Numbered from the stretch's first letter, positions 1-13,227 are shown. The stretch: DNA of 64,000 bases from Narcine bancroftii (GCF_036971445.1 NC_091476.1:107446001-107510000), one strand, 5' to 3'. The notes: generated by a model not told the origin, from the sequence alone. Program-made: numbers and translations.

Positions 1-339
1 CTTAGTCAGAGCCTTTGCAATGGCTCCTTGTCCCATTTTGTAGAATAACTCATGTGTTCCTACATGATACAGCAAATCTGAAATTATCTTGTGTTCAGCT
101 TGAAGCTGTCTATCACAAAGCAAACCTTTTGGAAAAAAAAAATTGTTGTCCAGTGTTATAATTTTTCACCTGCTGGCAGCCATGTTTCCCTCCCCAAATC
201 TCTGACTCACTTTTTTTTTCCATTTTTTAAGATATTCTGTTGAACCAAGATTTTCCCATCTGCTGTAATATTTCTTTATGTGGCTTGGTATAAAATATTG
301 CTTGAGATATCTTTCTGTATGAAAGATGCAGTACCAGTA

Positions 340-735
340 TGAGTAAAAACACAATGCTGGAGAAACTCAGCAAGTCAAACAGTGTCCTTTATATGTATTT
401 ATACATAACCAACATTTCAGGCTTGAGCCCTTCATCAATGTATGAACAAAATGTGGACAGGGGCCCGAACAAAATGATGGCGGGGGGGGGGGAGAGGAGC
501 ACAGTCCCACAAGCAGGAGGTAATAGGTGGTTAAGGAAGGGAGGACACAACAGAAAATGAGGGGAGGAAGGATGGCTCTGTGAATGGAGAGAGAAGGGGT
601 GGAGAGCTGAAGAAAAAAAGACTGGAATGGAGAAGAGATAAGAGAGATAGTCCTTGCTATATAAAGTACAGTTTGACCTGCTGAGTTTCTTCAGCATTAT
701 ATTTTTACTTCACTCATTGTATTTGGAGACTTTAA
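340..735. mobile_element. Penelope-like element terminal fragment with inverted-repeat ends
   Basis: GAGTAAAAACACAATGCTGGAGAAACTCAGC at ~340 is mirrored by GCTGAGTTTCTTCAGCATTATATTTTTACT at ~680-710. The same sequence family is attached to a GIY-YIG-like fragment at 15150-15360. Shorter pieces occur near 8900, 15850, 19570, 29200, 33640, 42850, 48220, 59820 and 62920. Confidence 0.6.
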
Positions 736-2623
736 TGTTTTACACCAATATGAGTTTATAGTTGTGTCAAACCTACAGAGGTTTGCATATTTTTCTAACA
801 TGACCTGAGTGTTATTTTCGACATCACCTTGTGTAATAATCAGTGAACAAATTGGCCTGTTAGCCCCAAATTCCTGAATCTAAAGCAATGTTGGAGCTGT
901 GGGAAATGTTAAATATAATATTTGATCATCTGTATTCAGATTCGCACTGTCTACATCTGAGCGTAAGCCAAGTCTCCTCAAAAATTAATTCTCCATGTTG
1001 ATGCATGGTCAGGAATTCTATTGAATACTCAAGAGTGATTTCTGGCAAAACTGACATTTGTTTCAGAAAGTGAGAATGTGAAAATTTGATTGGACTCAAT
1101 GGATTGCAGTAATTAAGGGATGGGATTGGTACATTGCATTGTCATTCAATAGCTATTCAGTGCAAAGATAGAGTAGCCTCATTTGTTGCCCTTTAATGGG
1201 AATGAGTGGCATGGACATGAAGTTAATTTTGTGCCTTTTTGCAATGCGACTTTATGCCTTTTAAAAACATCCCCACTGAGGCAGAGCTTGCAATTAAAAG
1301 GATCCTTGACTACATTGTGTTTTTGTAAAATAATTCTTAACTATGCAGGAAAATGTTACAATTTGGCTGCATAAATTAGGCCTAACACAATAAATAAAGG
1401 CCCTTTGCTAAATGATAACGCTGACCACATTTATATAAAGTTCTGCCTATCTATGGGGATTCATGTATTTACAAACACAGTTGTAGCTGAGGACAAATCT
1501 TAATGTATTTTTATAATTTCTGGAACCCTGTGCCAAATTTTTGAGTACCTAATTGGGCAGTATCAAACATCATAACTATTATGGACTGAATGGCCCCACT
1601 CTGCACTGTACGATTGTCGATGGGATGAGTTTGTTCCTGGAAGGCAATACTCCATGTGCACTACAGTACTCTACAGGCATTTCTAAAATCAAGCCAATCC
1701 ATGTCAGTATCTATCTTCCATTTAGTTCATTCTATCATCCTAACCTCTCTTTCCTTTCTTCCACGTGTTTATCTAGCTTCTACCCTCTTACCACTCTCTG
1801 AGTGATGCGTAAATAGGTTACTGTCAAGATTCCTCTGAACTTCAGTTCATTTGTGAACATAAAAACATTAGAACAGAAATGAAAGAGTCTGAACTCTTGA
1901 GTAAAGTGACAAAATAGTTCAGTCAGTTGTTGCACCTCAAGGTGTGGTACTGTGCCAAGTAGATCATAAGGCTTCAATTCAAAATCTCAGGTTATTTTGC
2001 ACATTTCCTTGCCTAATACAGCCCTAGGAATGAAAAGTTAATTTCTTCAAACATCTCCCTCTCTTCGTTCCTCCATATTATTCCTTTCCTATTTCCTCTT
2101 CTACCTCTCCTCTTTCTCCTTTCCTACTTCATCATATCCCTTCTCTCCACCTCCAGTCCTGCTTCACCATGTTGTGCCTCCTTTCCTTTTTCTTCCTGCA
2201 AATCCTCTCCTTTTCCCTGTTTCCATCACCTATACCTCTCTTCTTTCCTTCAGTCCCTTCCCTCATTGCCACTGTCCTGCCTGATCTTTCATCAATTCCC
2301 ATACCTCCTCATTGTCCTTTCTCGAAATGATGAGACATTGGGGTCCTTCAGATTTAGAAAGGCCACCGACCTTCCAATATGGAAAGGATTAAGGAGGGCA
2401 GCAAATACCACGAGACACTTCAGGAGCGAAACTAATACTAGAAGTTTGCAACAATAGATATTTAGTCCTAGGTATTTTATTGAATCAGTAAGAACTCTTT
2501 ATAAACTCTGTCAGGATCTAATGAAGTGTTTGGTCCTCTAGTGGAATATTCTGAATTATGCTTGTTACACACATGCCATGTTGATTTATCGCAACACTGC
2601 TTCAACCTTTGCCCTTTGAACAG

Positions 2624-2749
2624 GAAGTCCTTCGTATCACAGAGCCTAGCGACATGTTAGAGGAGACTAAATACCAGCATTGCTTCCCAGGAAAAGCAGC
2701 TTCTCTATTCCCCTCTCCTTCCACCCCATCGTACCCCAAGATACAGGAG
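2624..2749 (+). CDS. PHLDB1: Candidate PHLDB1 cassette exon A (126 nt, phase 0/0), EVLRITEPSDMLEETKYQHCFPGKAASLFPSPSTPSYPKIQE
   Basis: Acceptor CCTTTGCCCTTTGAACAG, donor GAG|GTAACA, open 42 codons, and phase matching the downstream exons. ACTAAC (2758) and TGCATG (2770) lie just downstream. Confidence 0.65.
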
Positions 2750-4793
2750 GTAACAGCACTAACAGTTACTGCATGCTATGGATTTGCTTTAAGAAATTTT
2801 CCCATGTTCATTATGGTGCTCACATTATGAGTCTGCTAAAAGCTTCCTGCATAAAGGTTATGCAATGTGTTTGAACATTGATTTCAAGGGCTTGAAACCT
2901 CAGTCATGGCAGCTTTAGATTGTCTCTGTGGGTTGATCCATTTCTGGAAACTGGTGATCTACTCACAAGGACGTGTGATAACTTATATCTGTGTTGGCAT
3001 AAATTGGGAAATCACAGTAGAATACGGCACTTAAGATAGAAATAAAAATCTATGGTTGAACTCAGGAATATTTTGCATTGGTGATTCGAAATGTTGTTCC
3101 AAGAGTTAGGATAGGCTTCCTGCATGTGTGGGTAGAGGTAGCCATTCCAACGTCTTGCTATTTCCACAAAGCCAACCTCTGCCTGGAGTGTGTGTGTTGT
3201 CTATGAATGAGTCTGTCTAAGCTGCCACATCATTCTCTGGATAAGTAGAACATGAGTTAGATGAAGGATAAAGACCCACCTGTCTCAGCAAACATTCTGG
3301 AATACATTCAGTGATTATTTACAAGTAAAACTTTGTCCTACATTGCCTCAACAGCAGTCCAGTCAATTGCATTAAATGTTCAGTCCTTGCATTCATAGAG
3401 TGCAGATTCTACAATGTATGTGTCCACTAGGATTTGCTGCAGAAACTGGGTATAGTTTCTTCAGCAACCCCTGCATCATCCAGAAGCTCAGGAGCATCAG
3501 CAAGATAGAAGCACTGACTTTGCTAAAGTACTTGCAATGCCTTTATGGTCCCTATCATAACCCTGCAACTTCTCTAATGTAGCAAAGTGAGAGCATCTTC
3601 ACCACACTGTCTCCAGGAATCCAGGAAGGTTTCTTATCACCATCTTCTACTTAGGATTTGCAGTAAAAGCCAAGCTCTTATTTCAAGCAATAATTATATA
3701 AAGATATACATTACATTATCTTCATTTTCCCAGACCACCATCTATCGATCGAAACCCAATTTAAGCCAGCTACTGTGGGCTCATGGGATATGACACAACA
3801 TATTTTCACATAAAGCTGCTTTTCATCAGAAATGAAGGTCTCCAACTTGTCAATCTCTGTTACATTCACACTCTGGTTAGAATCATGAAAGATCAGCATC
3901 CATTCTCCAAGGTCTCCCCAAATTAACTGTCTTCTCTACTGTGAGCTGATCAACAGTAAAAGGTTTTGCATTTGATGCGAATAACTGCTTTGTCCAATCA
4001 CTGCACATTTATAGCTGGCAGCACCAGATGGTAATAGAGAGTAGGGTTCAACCCTTGAGAGGTTCTTTGTAGAAATACTTTGCATTATTCTACACTCACA
4101 TTATTCAGACCCATGTGAAGTTCCATCATTTAAGATATGATGTGTTCTCTTTTTATTTAAAGTTCAAATCAATTAAAATAAATCATTTTAAATCCCCTTC
4201 ATTGCTCTGAAGCCCTGTATTGTCTTTGCCCATTCTGATCTCCGTAGCTTCCTGCTTTCAAAACTCTGATCACACTGAGCTTCAAGTCTAGTCTCTTGCA
4301 CAGCACATCCTGATTGCCTTGGACCTGCCATTAGCAATGGTGCCTTGCCTTTCTCCGTTCCTGAACTGATCAATTCTTCCATCCTAAAATTACTTCTTTT
4401 TCAAACCTGAGATCAACTGATTGTGTCAATGCAAAATTTTTTATTTTATATGAAATTATCCCTAATTTAATGTTTTCCCTAATGGTCATAATGAATAAAG
4501 TCAGAACTTTCAGGGAAAGAAAAGGTCAGTCATGATGTAATTCTTCCTAAATGGAGAATTGTTTTCCTAGTTAAAAAAAACCAAGCCATTATAAATTAAA
4601 CAACATACTCTACCTCAGCTCTGTTGATGATTTTTTTCACATTTGTTTCTGAATTATCTTGGCTAAAATGATTGAGGTTTCTTTCTCTTTGATTGTGTCA
4701 TGGATTAGAAGCAGCAAATCCTTGTTCTATACTATTGTTCTAATCTTTGGTTTTTTTTCTCTGTCTCTTTGCTAAACATTGCTCTTATTTTAG

Positions 4794-4919
4794 GAATATA
4801 TGAAGTTGGCTGACGTGTTTAAGTTCTACAGTGACATATATGGCACAGGCACTGATGCTGCATTCTCTGCTTCTCCACTGCGTTCTCTGCCTCTTACTGT
4901 ACCTCCATCAGCCCACGAG
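4794..4919 (+). CDS. PHLDB1: Candidate PHLDB1 cassette exon B (126 nt, phase 0/0), EYMKLADVFKFYSDIYGTGTDAAFSASPLRSLPLTVPPSAHE
   Basis: Long pyrimidine tract ending TTTTAG, donor GAG|GTACTT, open 42 codons. ACTAAT (4961) and TGCATG (4979) lie downstream. Confidence 0.7.
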
Positions 4920-5133
4920 GTACTTGCTTGCCATCCCGCTCTGTTATTATTGTCCTTGGTACTAATTAGCTGCCTCTCTGCATGACCTGTTTGCAGCTCT
5001 TTTGTTAAGTGTCTAACGATTGAGCATTTACCTTTTGATTAATAATCTTCAATGCCACTCAATGCAGCTCCATGGTTCAGCTCATGGAGGCACTGGCTCA
5101 CACCTCCAGTCTGGTGCAATACAAGTGGAATTC

Positions 5134-5238
5134 ACAAAAGTTCCCAAAAAATAAATTCATTCTTGGAGATCTGACACTGTCTTTCAAGTTCAGGGGTGCC
5201 TGAATTGTAATCTTCTGATTGTAATCAATTATGTGATT
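5134..5238. repeat. Left arm of a ~105-bp near-perfect inverted repeat
   Basis: Its reverse complement matches 6453-6558 except for one indel in a homopolymer. Confidence 0.95.
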
Positions 5239-6452
5239 GATTATGCAATTATTCAGTTGCACTCTGCAACTGTTTTGTTTCCTCTGGCTCCACTGGTTTC
5301 TTGCTATATCTCAAAATGAGAGTTTTGGTGAGTTAAGTGGTCACTCTAGATTGAGCCTAATATATATAGAGGAGTGGTAGAACCTGAGGCAAATATTGAA
5401 AGAACAAAATGGGATTAGAGTCCAATTGGTGCATGTGATTTGATGCACCTATTCAGTTCAAAAGCATGACTTCACAGTCATTAGAATGCAGAAGGCTGGC
5501 ACTTCAAACAAAGATGTCCTGCTTCCTGCACCAGAAGCTGGACTTGAGGGGTGGAGTAGAGGAGAAAGGATCAAGTTGCACATGCGACACCTGACCATAA
5601 AGAAATCAATGGACGCATTGAATGACCAATGTTCTTCATCTTTGCATTGGCATCACTCATTTTGAGGAACACAAAAAAAATACAAAGTTTAGAAGAGGGA
5701 ACCAAATTAATCTAGCACTGTCACTTTAAACACATGGAACATTTGGCTTTCTGTCCTTAACCACATGCAGAAATATGAATTAACCTCTGTTGACACAATA
5801 AAGTTCATTTGAACCAGGAATATGATTCAAAAGAAAAGGTCATAAAAATAATCTAGTTATTTTGGAAATTTTGCACTGTTTATTGTTTGAGTACTTATTA
5901 AGAAGCACAAAGGATGATTTAATTTCTATTTGAAATCCTTTGGTAGTAAGTCTATGGATTATTCATAGTTTATTCTGTTATCACTGATTAGAAATCCCAG
6001 TATGCTTTATTATAATTCTTGGTGAGTCAAGAATTTAGTACAATTTTAGTGAAGTCTTAAAGCTGATTGGTAAAAGAGTTAGTGAACTAAATTTCAGACA
6101 TTTACAGAAGAGACATCATGTGGAGATGCCAGAAAGAATTGTGCACAACTACGTGCAAGCAATTTTGTGTTTTAGCTTTCTTGTACAATATGTTAAAATA
6201 TTTGGTCATGTTGTAATGGGAAGGATGCACCACTGAGGAAAACCTCATGCAGTTGCCCATTGGAACTTGGTCATGTGCACAGGAACAAACCTTTTGGTCC
6301 AACTTTTCCAGTGTAACCCTCTTAAAATGATGAGAGAGCCTTTCTGAATCCAATTCTGTGCATCTAAATTTTCCTGCATCCAAGACTTCACTTTTCTCAA
6401 CAGCCTCCATGGTTGGGTGGTGAGCTTTATTTTCCTTCTGAAGCTTCTGAAT

Positions 6453-6558
6453 AATCACATAATTGATTACAATCAGAAGATTACAATTCAGGCACCCCTG
6501 AACTTGAAAGACAGTGTCAGATCTCCAAGAATGAATTTATTTTTTGGGAACTTTTTGT
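6453..6558. repeat. Right arm of the ~105-bp inverted repeat
   Basis: Reverse complement of 5134-5238. Confidence 0.95.
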
Positions 6559-6770
6559 CATTCTGTGTTTCATTACTTTGCTACCCATTGTCCTGCTATC
6601 CATATTTTACCCCTTGTATCTAAACTCTTAGATAATTGTCTCCTGTAAGCTCCTAGATGCATGCAACCAACCAGATGAAGGTGGCAATAAATATTGGCCT
6701 TCCACCAAATCCTGAAAACTGAAAACATCGTAGAAAAGTAGAAGCAGGAGTAGGCCATTTGGCACATTGG

Positions 6771-7965
6771 AACCATAGAATATTACAGCGCAGAAACAGG
6801 CCCTTTGACTATCTTAGTCCATGCCGAATTATTATTCTCCCTAATCCCATTGACCTAAACCCCGACCATAGTCCTCTATACCCCTCCAATCCTTGTACCT
6901 GTCCAAATTCTTCTTAAAAATTAAAATCGAGCCTACATTCACCACTTCAGCTGGCAGCTCGCTCCACAGTCGCACCACTCTCTGCATGAAGAAGTGCCCC
7001 CTAATGTTCCGTCTCAACTTTTCCCCTTTCACTCTTAACATGTCCTCTGAATTGCATCTCACCTATGCTCAGTGGAAAAAGTCTACCTACATTTACTCTG
7101 TCTAAATCCCTCATAATTTTAAATACCTCTATCAAACATCCCCTCATTCTTCTACACACCAGGGAATAAAGTCCTAACCTGTTTAACCTTTCCCTGTAAC
7201 TTATTTCCTGAAATCCAGGCAACATCCTAGTAAATCTTCTCTGCATTCTTTCAATTTTGTTGATATCTTTCCTGTAGTTTGGTGACCAAAACTGCACACA
7301 ATACTCCAAATTTGGCCTCACTAATGTCATGAACAATTTTGCCATAACATTCTTGCAGGAGGCACGGTTGATGTCGCGGTTAGTGCAACGCCTTTACAGC
7401 GCCAATGATCATGACCTGACCTGGGTTCAAATCCCATGCTGTCTGTAAGGAGTTTGTATGTTCTCCTGTGTCTGCATGGGTTTTCTCTGGGGCTCCAGTT
7501 TCCTCCCACCATTCAAAAACATACTGGGGTTTAGGTTAATGGGATGTAAATTGGGCAGCATGGACTTGTGGGGCCAAAATGGCCTGTTACTGTACTGTAT
7601 GATTAAATTTAAATTAAAAAATTTCATTTTTTAAAAATCAAACTCCTATACTCAATAGTTTGATTTATGAAGGCCAATAAGCCAAAACTCTTTTTGCAAC
7701 CCTATCTACCTGTGACACCACTTTCAGGGAATTATGTATCTGTATTCCCAGATCCCTCTATTCTAGCATGTGCCTCAGTGTCCAACCACTTATCATGTAC
7801 ATCCTTTCTGGGTTTGTCCTTCCAAAATGCAACACCTCGCACTTGTCTGTATTAAATTCTGTCTGCCATTTTTCAGCTCATTTTTCCAGCTGATCCAGAG
7901 AGCACTGTAAGCTTTGAAAGCCTTCCTCGTTGTCCAAAACACCTCCTATCTTTGTCTCATTTGCA
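6771..7965 (-). mobile_element. 5'-truncated CR1 LINE (ORF2 C-terminus and 3' UTR), interrupted by a SINE and inserted in an older CR1 tail
   Basis: ORFs 7001-7345 (LVRPNLEYCVQFWSP...LGLYSL) and 6841-7062 (FFMQRVVRLWSELP) are typical CR1 ORF2 C-terminal motifs. Confidence 0.9.
7360..7625 (+). mobile_element. tRNA-derived SINE (HE1/V-SINE-like)
   Basis: B-box-like GGTTCAAATCCC, core GGAGTTTGTATGTTCTCC...GGTTTTCTCTGGGGCTCCAGTTTCCTCCCAC and an A/T tail. The family recurs many times in the window. Confidence 0.8.
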
Positions 7966-8440
7966 CTTTGTGTCTACTCTGCCATTCATTATTATCAGGG
8001 CTGATCATTTACTTCAGTGCCACTGACTTGCCCTACCCCAGATCCCTTGATTCCCTTGATATCAAAAAAATCTGTGTCTATATATACTCAGTGGCTCATT
8101 TTGTTTTTTGGGGTAAGAGTTCCAAAGATTCACTGTCAGAAATCCTGTACTTGTATAACTCTTGGCTATTAAACAGTATGGATTCTGTTTTTTCTGTGAC
8201 TATTGATAAGATCTGTTTAGATTTGCTAAATTATTTTCCAACTGGTTTTAGATGGTGCTGTAATAAGTTGTTGTTAGTTGCGAAAATCGGAGGAATTTTA
8301 TAAAACAAAACTCTAATTTCTTTTCTGCTTCTTAGCATGGAAATTTCTCAGCCTTTTGATTGTTTCATGAAACCATCATTTTTATTTAACTAACAAACTG
8401 TTTCTTGTCCCACAATGGTTTCTTTTGCTGCTCTCCCCAG

Positions 8441-8602
8441 GAATACGTTACCCTAGGGCAGCTTAAGGAGTTGTACGGTAGATCAACGGAGAGCTCAACA
8501 CCACTCCCATTCCACACTAATGCAGCAACTGCCTCTCTGACTCTGTCTGCTGAAAGCTCCCCACCCTTGCTGGCTCCTTCCTCTCCACTATTTACAGCTG
8601 AG
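8441..8602 (+). CDS. PHLDB1: Candidate PHLDB1 cassette exon C (162 nt, phase 0/0), EYVTLGQLKELYGRSTESSTPLPFHTNAATASLTLSAESSPPLLAPSSPLFTAE
   Basis: Acceptor CTGCTCTCCCCAG, donor GAG|GTTGGT, open 54 codons, and an N-terminus similar to exon B. ACTAAC (8620) and TGCATG (8645) lie downstream. Confidence 0.7.
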
Positions 8603-10695
8603 GTTGGTATGAGGACAGCACTAACTCTCTCTACTTTTCCCCAGTGCATGAATTTTCAGCAAATTTCCCATTCTAACCAACCTCTCCCACCCACTGTACA
8701 ACCAACTTCTCCTGTACTTTCAAACAATTAGTTTCAGTTTGAATATCCCTCGTACACAATCACATTGAGTCTGTGACAATGTGATTGATCCACTCTTCTC
8801 CATCTAACTCCTTCGCTATGAACAAACAATGAGAAGCTGAGGGATTCAATGAGTTAGGCAGCAACCATGGAAAGAAATGATCAGTCAACATTTCAGACCG
8901 AAAAAAAAATATGCTGGAGGAACTCAGTGGGACAGGCTGCATTTGTGGGAGAAAAGGAATTGACGACTTTTCAGGTCAGAACCCTTCAGCAAGACCCAGA
9001 GTTGATGAAGTGTCCCAACCTAAAACATTGACTGTCCATTTTTCTCCATGGATGTTGCTTGAATGGGTGTCTTTCCATCTTCCCATTGTTTGTTCATCAT
9101 TCCAATATCTGCAGTTTCTTTTGTCTCTAACTCCATCACTATAATCCTTTTAATATACTTGTGCAGTTTCCCCTTGAAGGCATCTAATCTACTTACTTTA
9201 ACTACTAAGGGAACAAATCCCAAACACTCTGCATTGGTAAGTTTCTTCTGAATTTCTAATTGGCTTCATTGGTGATTATCTTTTATATATGTGCCCTTTA
9301 GTTTTGGTCTTCTCTAAAATTGAAAACATCTCTTCAAAATTATGACCTCCTTTAATCTTCTCTCTCTTAAACAAAAGAACTAGAGCCCACTCTATCTTTT
9401 CTTATAGGCACTTCCTGTTGTTTGCAAAATTGTCCTCTCCAATAACAAAAATGAAGTGTTACTGAACATTTGCTTAATCGATGGCAAATTAGAATTGAGA
9501 TGTATTCCTTGTAATTTTTTGAACTGCGCACTGAGCAATGGATAGGAAATTGCTTCACAAACCATAGACCTCATCCTGACTTGCCATTCCTTCACCATCA
9601 CTGGATTACAATCCTGGAACACCCTCCCCAACAGCATTATGGATATAACCAGGCCTCAAGGGCTTCAGCAGCTATTCACCACTTTTTCAAAAATATATGG
9701 GCATGGGCAGCCTTGAAAGCACAGATCTCTTGAATTAATAATGAAGAAGAGGCTAACTCATCAAGTATAAGGATTTTAGAAGACTTTAGAAGGCACTAGG
9801 GTTGCTATCTCTGAGGTTTAGAAGCTTCAGAGGTCAGGTTTTATCATGACCTCAAGTGCTGTCCCCAGTGTTTTTCTACCAGTACCTCCAGTTTCTTGTG
9901 CATCTTATATCTTGTCCATGTTATATCCACCTTTTCAGGGTAAAAACCTGAAGTGTTAAGGAAGAGGGAATGAATTATTGATAAAGAGATTAGTGAGTGA
10001 TATGTGAACTGGTGTGTCCGGAAAATGGACCGGAGATAGTAGATCAGCCATGATCTTATTGAACTGTGGAAAAGATTTAAAGCACCATTTTATCTAAACT
10101 TATACTATTTATGATAATCCTAGTGCATGCAATAAATTAAGATTAAAGGTAAAACCCCTGATAAAAGTCATGGAGTCAAAACTATTTTAAAAATATTACT
10201 TATGAGTGAAAATGGCTGTGGAACATGCATGAATATCATTGGGTTAGAAGGTAGCTGTCTCTGTAAGAGAGCAGTGCACCTGGAGTTTAGACTTGTGCTG
10301 CAAAATTGTAGCTGGAGTGTATGGAGACAGGAGCTCCTGTGCCATTCATACTACTCAACATGGCATCCTCGAGTTTGATCTGTTTATGGAAAGGGGCTAA
10401 ATTAATTCATCACTTCTTTTCTTTTAAAGCATTGTGACTTTATTGTTTACAATAATCTCAAAAAAAAGCTGCAAAAAGCAATGTTATTTTTCTTTTGATT
10501 TACCATTCATTTCTCTCAATTTTTTTTCTATTTGATTTCCTATCCCCTCTCTACCTATTGTATCATTGCCTATCTCTTTCACTATCCTTTCTCCCATCTC
10601 TCCCCTCCTGTCTGGCTTACCTTCCTGCCATTTATCTCTTCACTCTCTCTGTCTTTCTCTCTCCTTCTCTCCCTCCCCTTGATGCTTTGCGGCAG

Positions 10696-10842
10696 CCTGC
10701 CAACAAGCTGTTGGCCTCCACGTTGGAGCTAGAGAGATGGTACCGAGAAATCAAGGCTAACTTTGAGGCCTCATCTTCTTCAATTTCCTCCTCTCCTCCT
10801 CCTCTTCCAGCTAAAACTCACTCTGCACGAAGATCCATTCAG
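10696..10842 (+). CDS. PHLDB1: PHLDB1 exon (147 nt): PANKLLASTLELERWYREI...SSPPPLPAKTHSARRSIQ
   Basis: CAG acceptor and CAG|GTAAAT donor. Recognisably similar to the LEQWYQEL...SSPPPLPAK segment of mammalian PHLDB1 (recalled sequence). Confidence 0.88.
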
Positions 10843-12343
10843 GTAAATGGCATTCCTGTTTCCACTCGCCAGTTTCAGAGACCAGATGTTTTAGGAGCAT
10901 GAATTATGTGGGGAGATGCAGCATTTTAGATTTGAGAAGAGATTTCTGCCCCTTGATTGTTCTGTGCTGTTGATCAAGGCTGCTCTGTAACTCTGTTCTA
11001 ATTCACTTTTCTCTACATCCTTTGGTATCCTGACTAAATAGATCTCAATTGATAACACTCATTAAAGCTCAAGTCAGCCATCTGCAGCCAACTGATGATC
11101 AGAGTACTTGTCTTTCATATCCTTTGTGCACAAAAGGAATTCTACAATTTTCTGCTGGCTGCATTATCTGATGACTAGTAAGGTCTTGCTACCTAGATTC
11201 ACAATAACCAAGTCAAATTTATTATCCTCTGTACAAGTACAACCTGATGAAACAGCGTTCTCTGATTCTCAGTGCAAAGCATGCAGACACACAACCAGAC
11301 ATGGCACACACACTCAGACAAACCAGGACAAGTATTTATAGAAACATATAAATAATTTATTTTTGAGAAAATTCTGCTCTGTCCTGATTGTTCTACTTTT
11401 ACACTGCATTTATTAGAGCATTAAAGAATGTTCAAATTGAATTAAGATCCATGTAGGTGAAATAAACTACTGGCAAACTGATGTAGATGTTAGATGTTTG
11501 GCAAATGAAGAATTACTTCAGACAGTGGTATACTAGGATGTACAACACACTGGCTGAAGGAAAATAGAAGCAGTTCCAACAGTGACTTACAAAAATAAAT
11601 TGGACAAGGATCTGAAAAGATTGAATTTGTGAGATGATGTATACAGTTTAATTGGATCGCACTTTCGGAGATCCAAGTGCAATGGTTCTGTGATGTCAGG
11701 TTCCATGTTTTGAATAAAATAAGCACTGAGAGATAATCTGATTCAGGAAAATATTGGTAAGTCAGTAGAGAAAAGCACTGTTTTGGTACTTCTCACCTTG
11801 ATTGCTGCTAACGCAGGTTCCCATTCCAAAACGCAGTCATCTCTGTTGTTTGAGATCAATTTCAATGAAGATGTTGCTGCAGAGATTATCTGATTCACCT
11901 TCATTTCTAATGTCCTGTCCCAAGTCAGTTCCAAAGAGGTTCCAAAACAGAATTAATCCTTATTTTTTTTTAAATCTTCCTCTCCACAATTTCAACTTCT
12001 CCTCAGTGATTACCCTGGTCCCTGCTCACATTATGTATTCCCAAGCAAGAAATTAGAGAAATTGTCCAGTTGTTTAGTGACATCATGGAAAGTTTTACAT
12101 GTGTGGTGTCAAGTAAAGTTACCACGGATGAAGAATTTTAACCACAGAGTTACACAAATGTTATTTTACTTGAGAATGTTGAGAGGATATTTAATGGCGT
12201 TGTTCAAGGTTCTGGCTGATCTAAAATGTTAAATGCTCATTAGGAGAAGGTTCAAGGACCAGATAGATTTAAAAGTGTAGGGAAAAGTTAAACCACGGTG
12301 TGGTTATGATCTGGAATTTATTCCCTGTAACAGTGGTGGAAAC

Positions 12344-12616
12344 CAACCGTTTTCAACCTTTTTTCAGCTATTGTCCCACCCACGCCCCCCTCCCCCAACC
12401 CCACCCCTAGGACTCTGCCCAAAGTTTATCGGTTCCCCTTCCCTGTGAAGCAGTCATTTTGGTTTCTTCCATACTTCTCTCCTACCGACTACATAAAAAG
12501 CATTAAAAAATATTGATGTTACATGAGGTGAAAAGAGGCTTTTACTTAAATGTGCCTTGGCCCGGGGGGGTGGGGTGGGATGGGGGGGCCTGTAGGGTCC
12601 CTGTTGAGAATGGCTG
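12344..12616 (-). mobile_element. Non-autonomous hAT(Charlie)-like MITE
   Basis: Terminal inverted repeats CAACCGTTTTCAAC / GTTGAGAATGGCTG. Homologous to 45274-45519 and to a fragment near 63190-63335. Confidence 0.65.
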
Positions 12617-13110
12617 GGTGAGGACAATAATGTATAGGGCTACAGGAAAGGAGCAAGGGAATGGGATTGAATGGGTATCTATGTAAGACTAGGTATGGCC
12701 TCCTCTGTCCTGTAATGATTGAAGTTCAGGTTCAAGTCTACACCATTGGTCAGGTGGCTCACTGACATGTGCTGACACATTTTACTGGTGAAGAGTGCCA
12801 CCTCAATGGGTGAGTTGTTGGTGCCTGTCAAACTGCACTGTGATCTAAGCCACTATTTATGGAGAGGAGACAAGAAATTTGGAAAGTGTCATACCTGACT
12901 AGTTGATCCTCCTCTCTTTACTGGATCAGAAGGTCTTCATATTGAATCCTGTCATTGAGGTCAAATGGACACCAAATATTCTCTTGCCCCACTGGTTCTC
13001 CTGGCCAACATTCCTCTCTCAACTTCAGTGAATTGTTCACCACTTCCATCACAATGCAATCTGAAGGTCCAACAACTTGATTTACTGTTCTCTGTGTCTT
13101 CATACCTCAG

Positions 13111-13227
13111 GTCTACCGATCCAAAATGGAGAGTGATGGGTGTGGCACACTACCTCGGACAAAGACAGGGTCTGCCCCCTCCTCACCATTCACTGCTTCA
13201 ACACTGGGACGAAATCTTACGACAAAG
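13111..13227 (+). CDS. PHLDB1: PHLDB1 exon (117 nt): VYRSKMESDGCGTLPRTKTGSAPSSPFTASTLGRNLTTK
   Basis: CCTCAG acceptor, AAG|GTAGAA donor. VYRSKM...LPRT...TLGR matches PHLDB1. Confidence 0.92.

Noticed and set aside
7360-7445. tRNA gene (B-box-like motif; also at 28615 and 32170)
   Set aside because: These are SINE heads followed by the SINE core, with no full cloverleaf.
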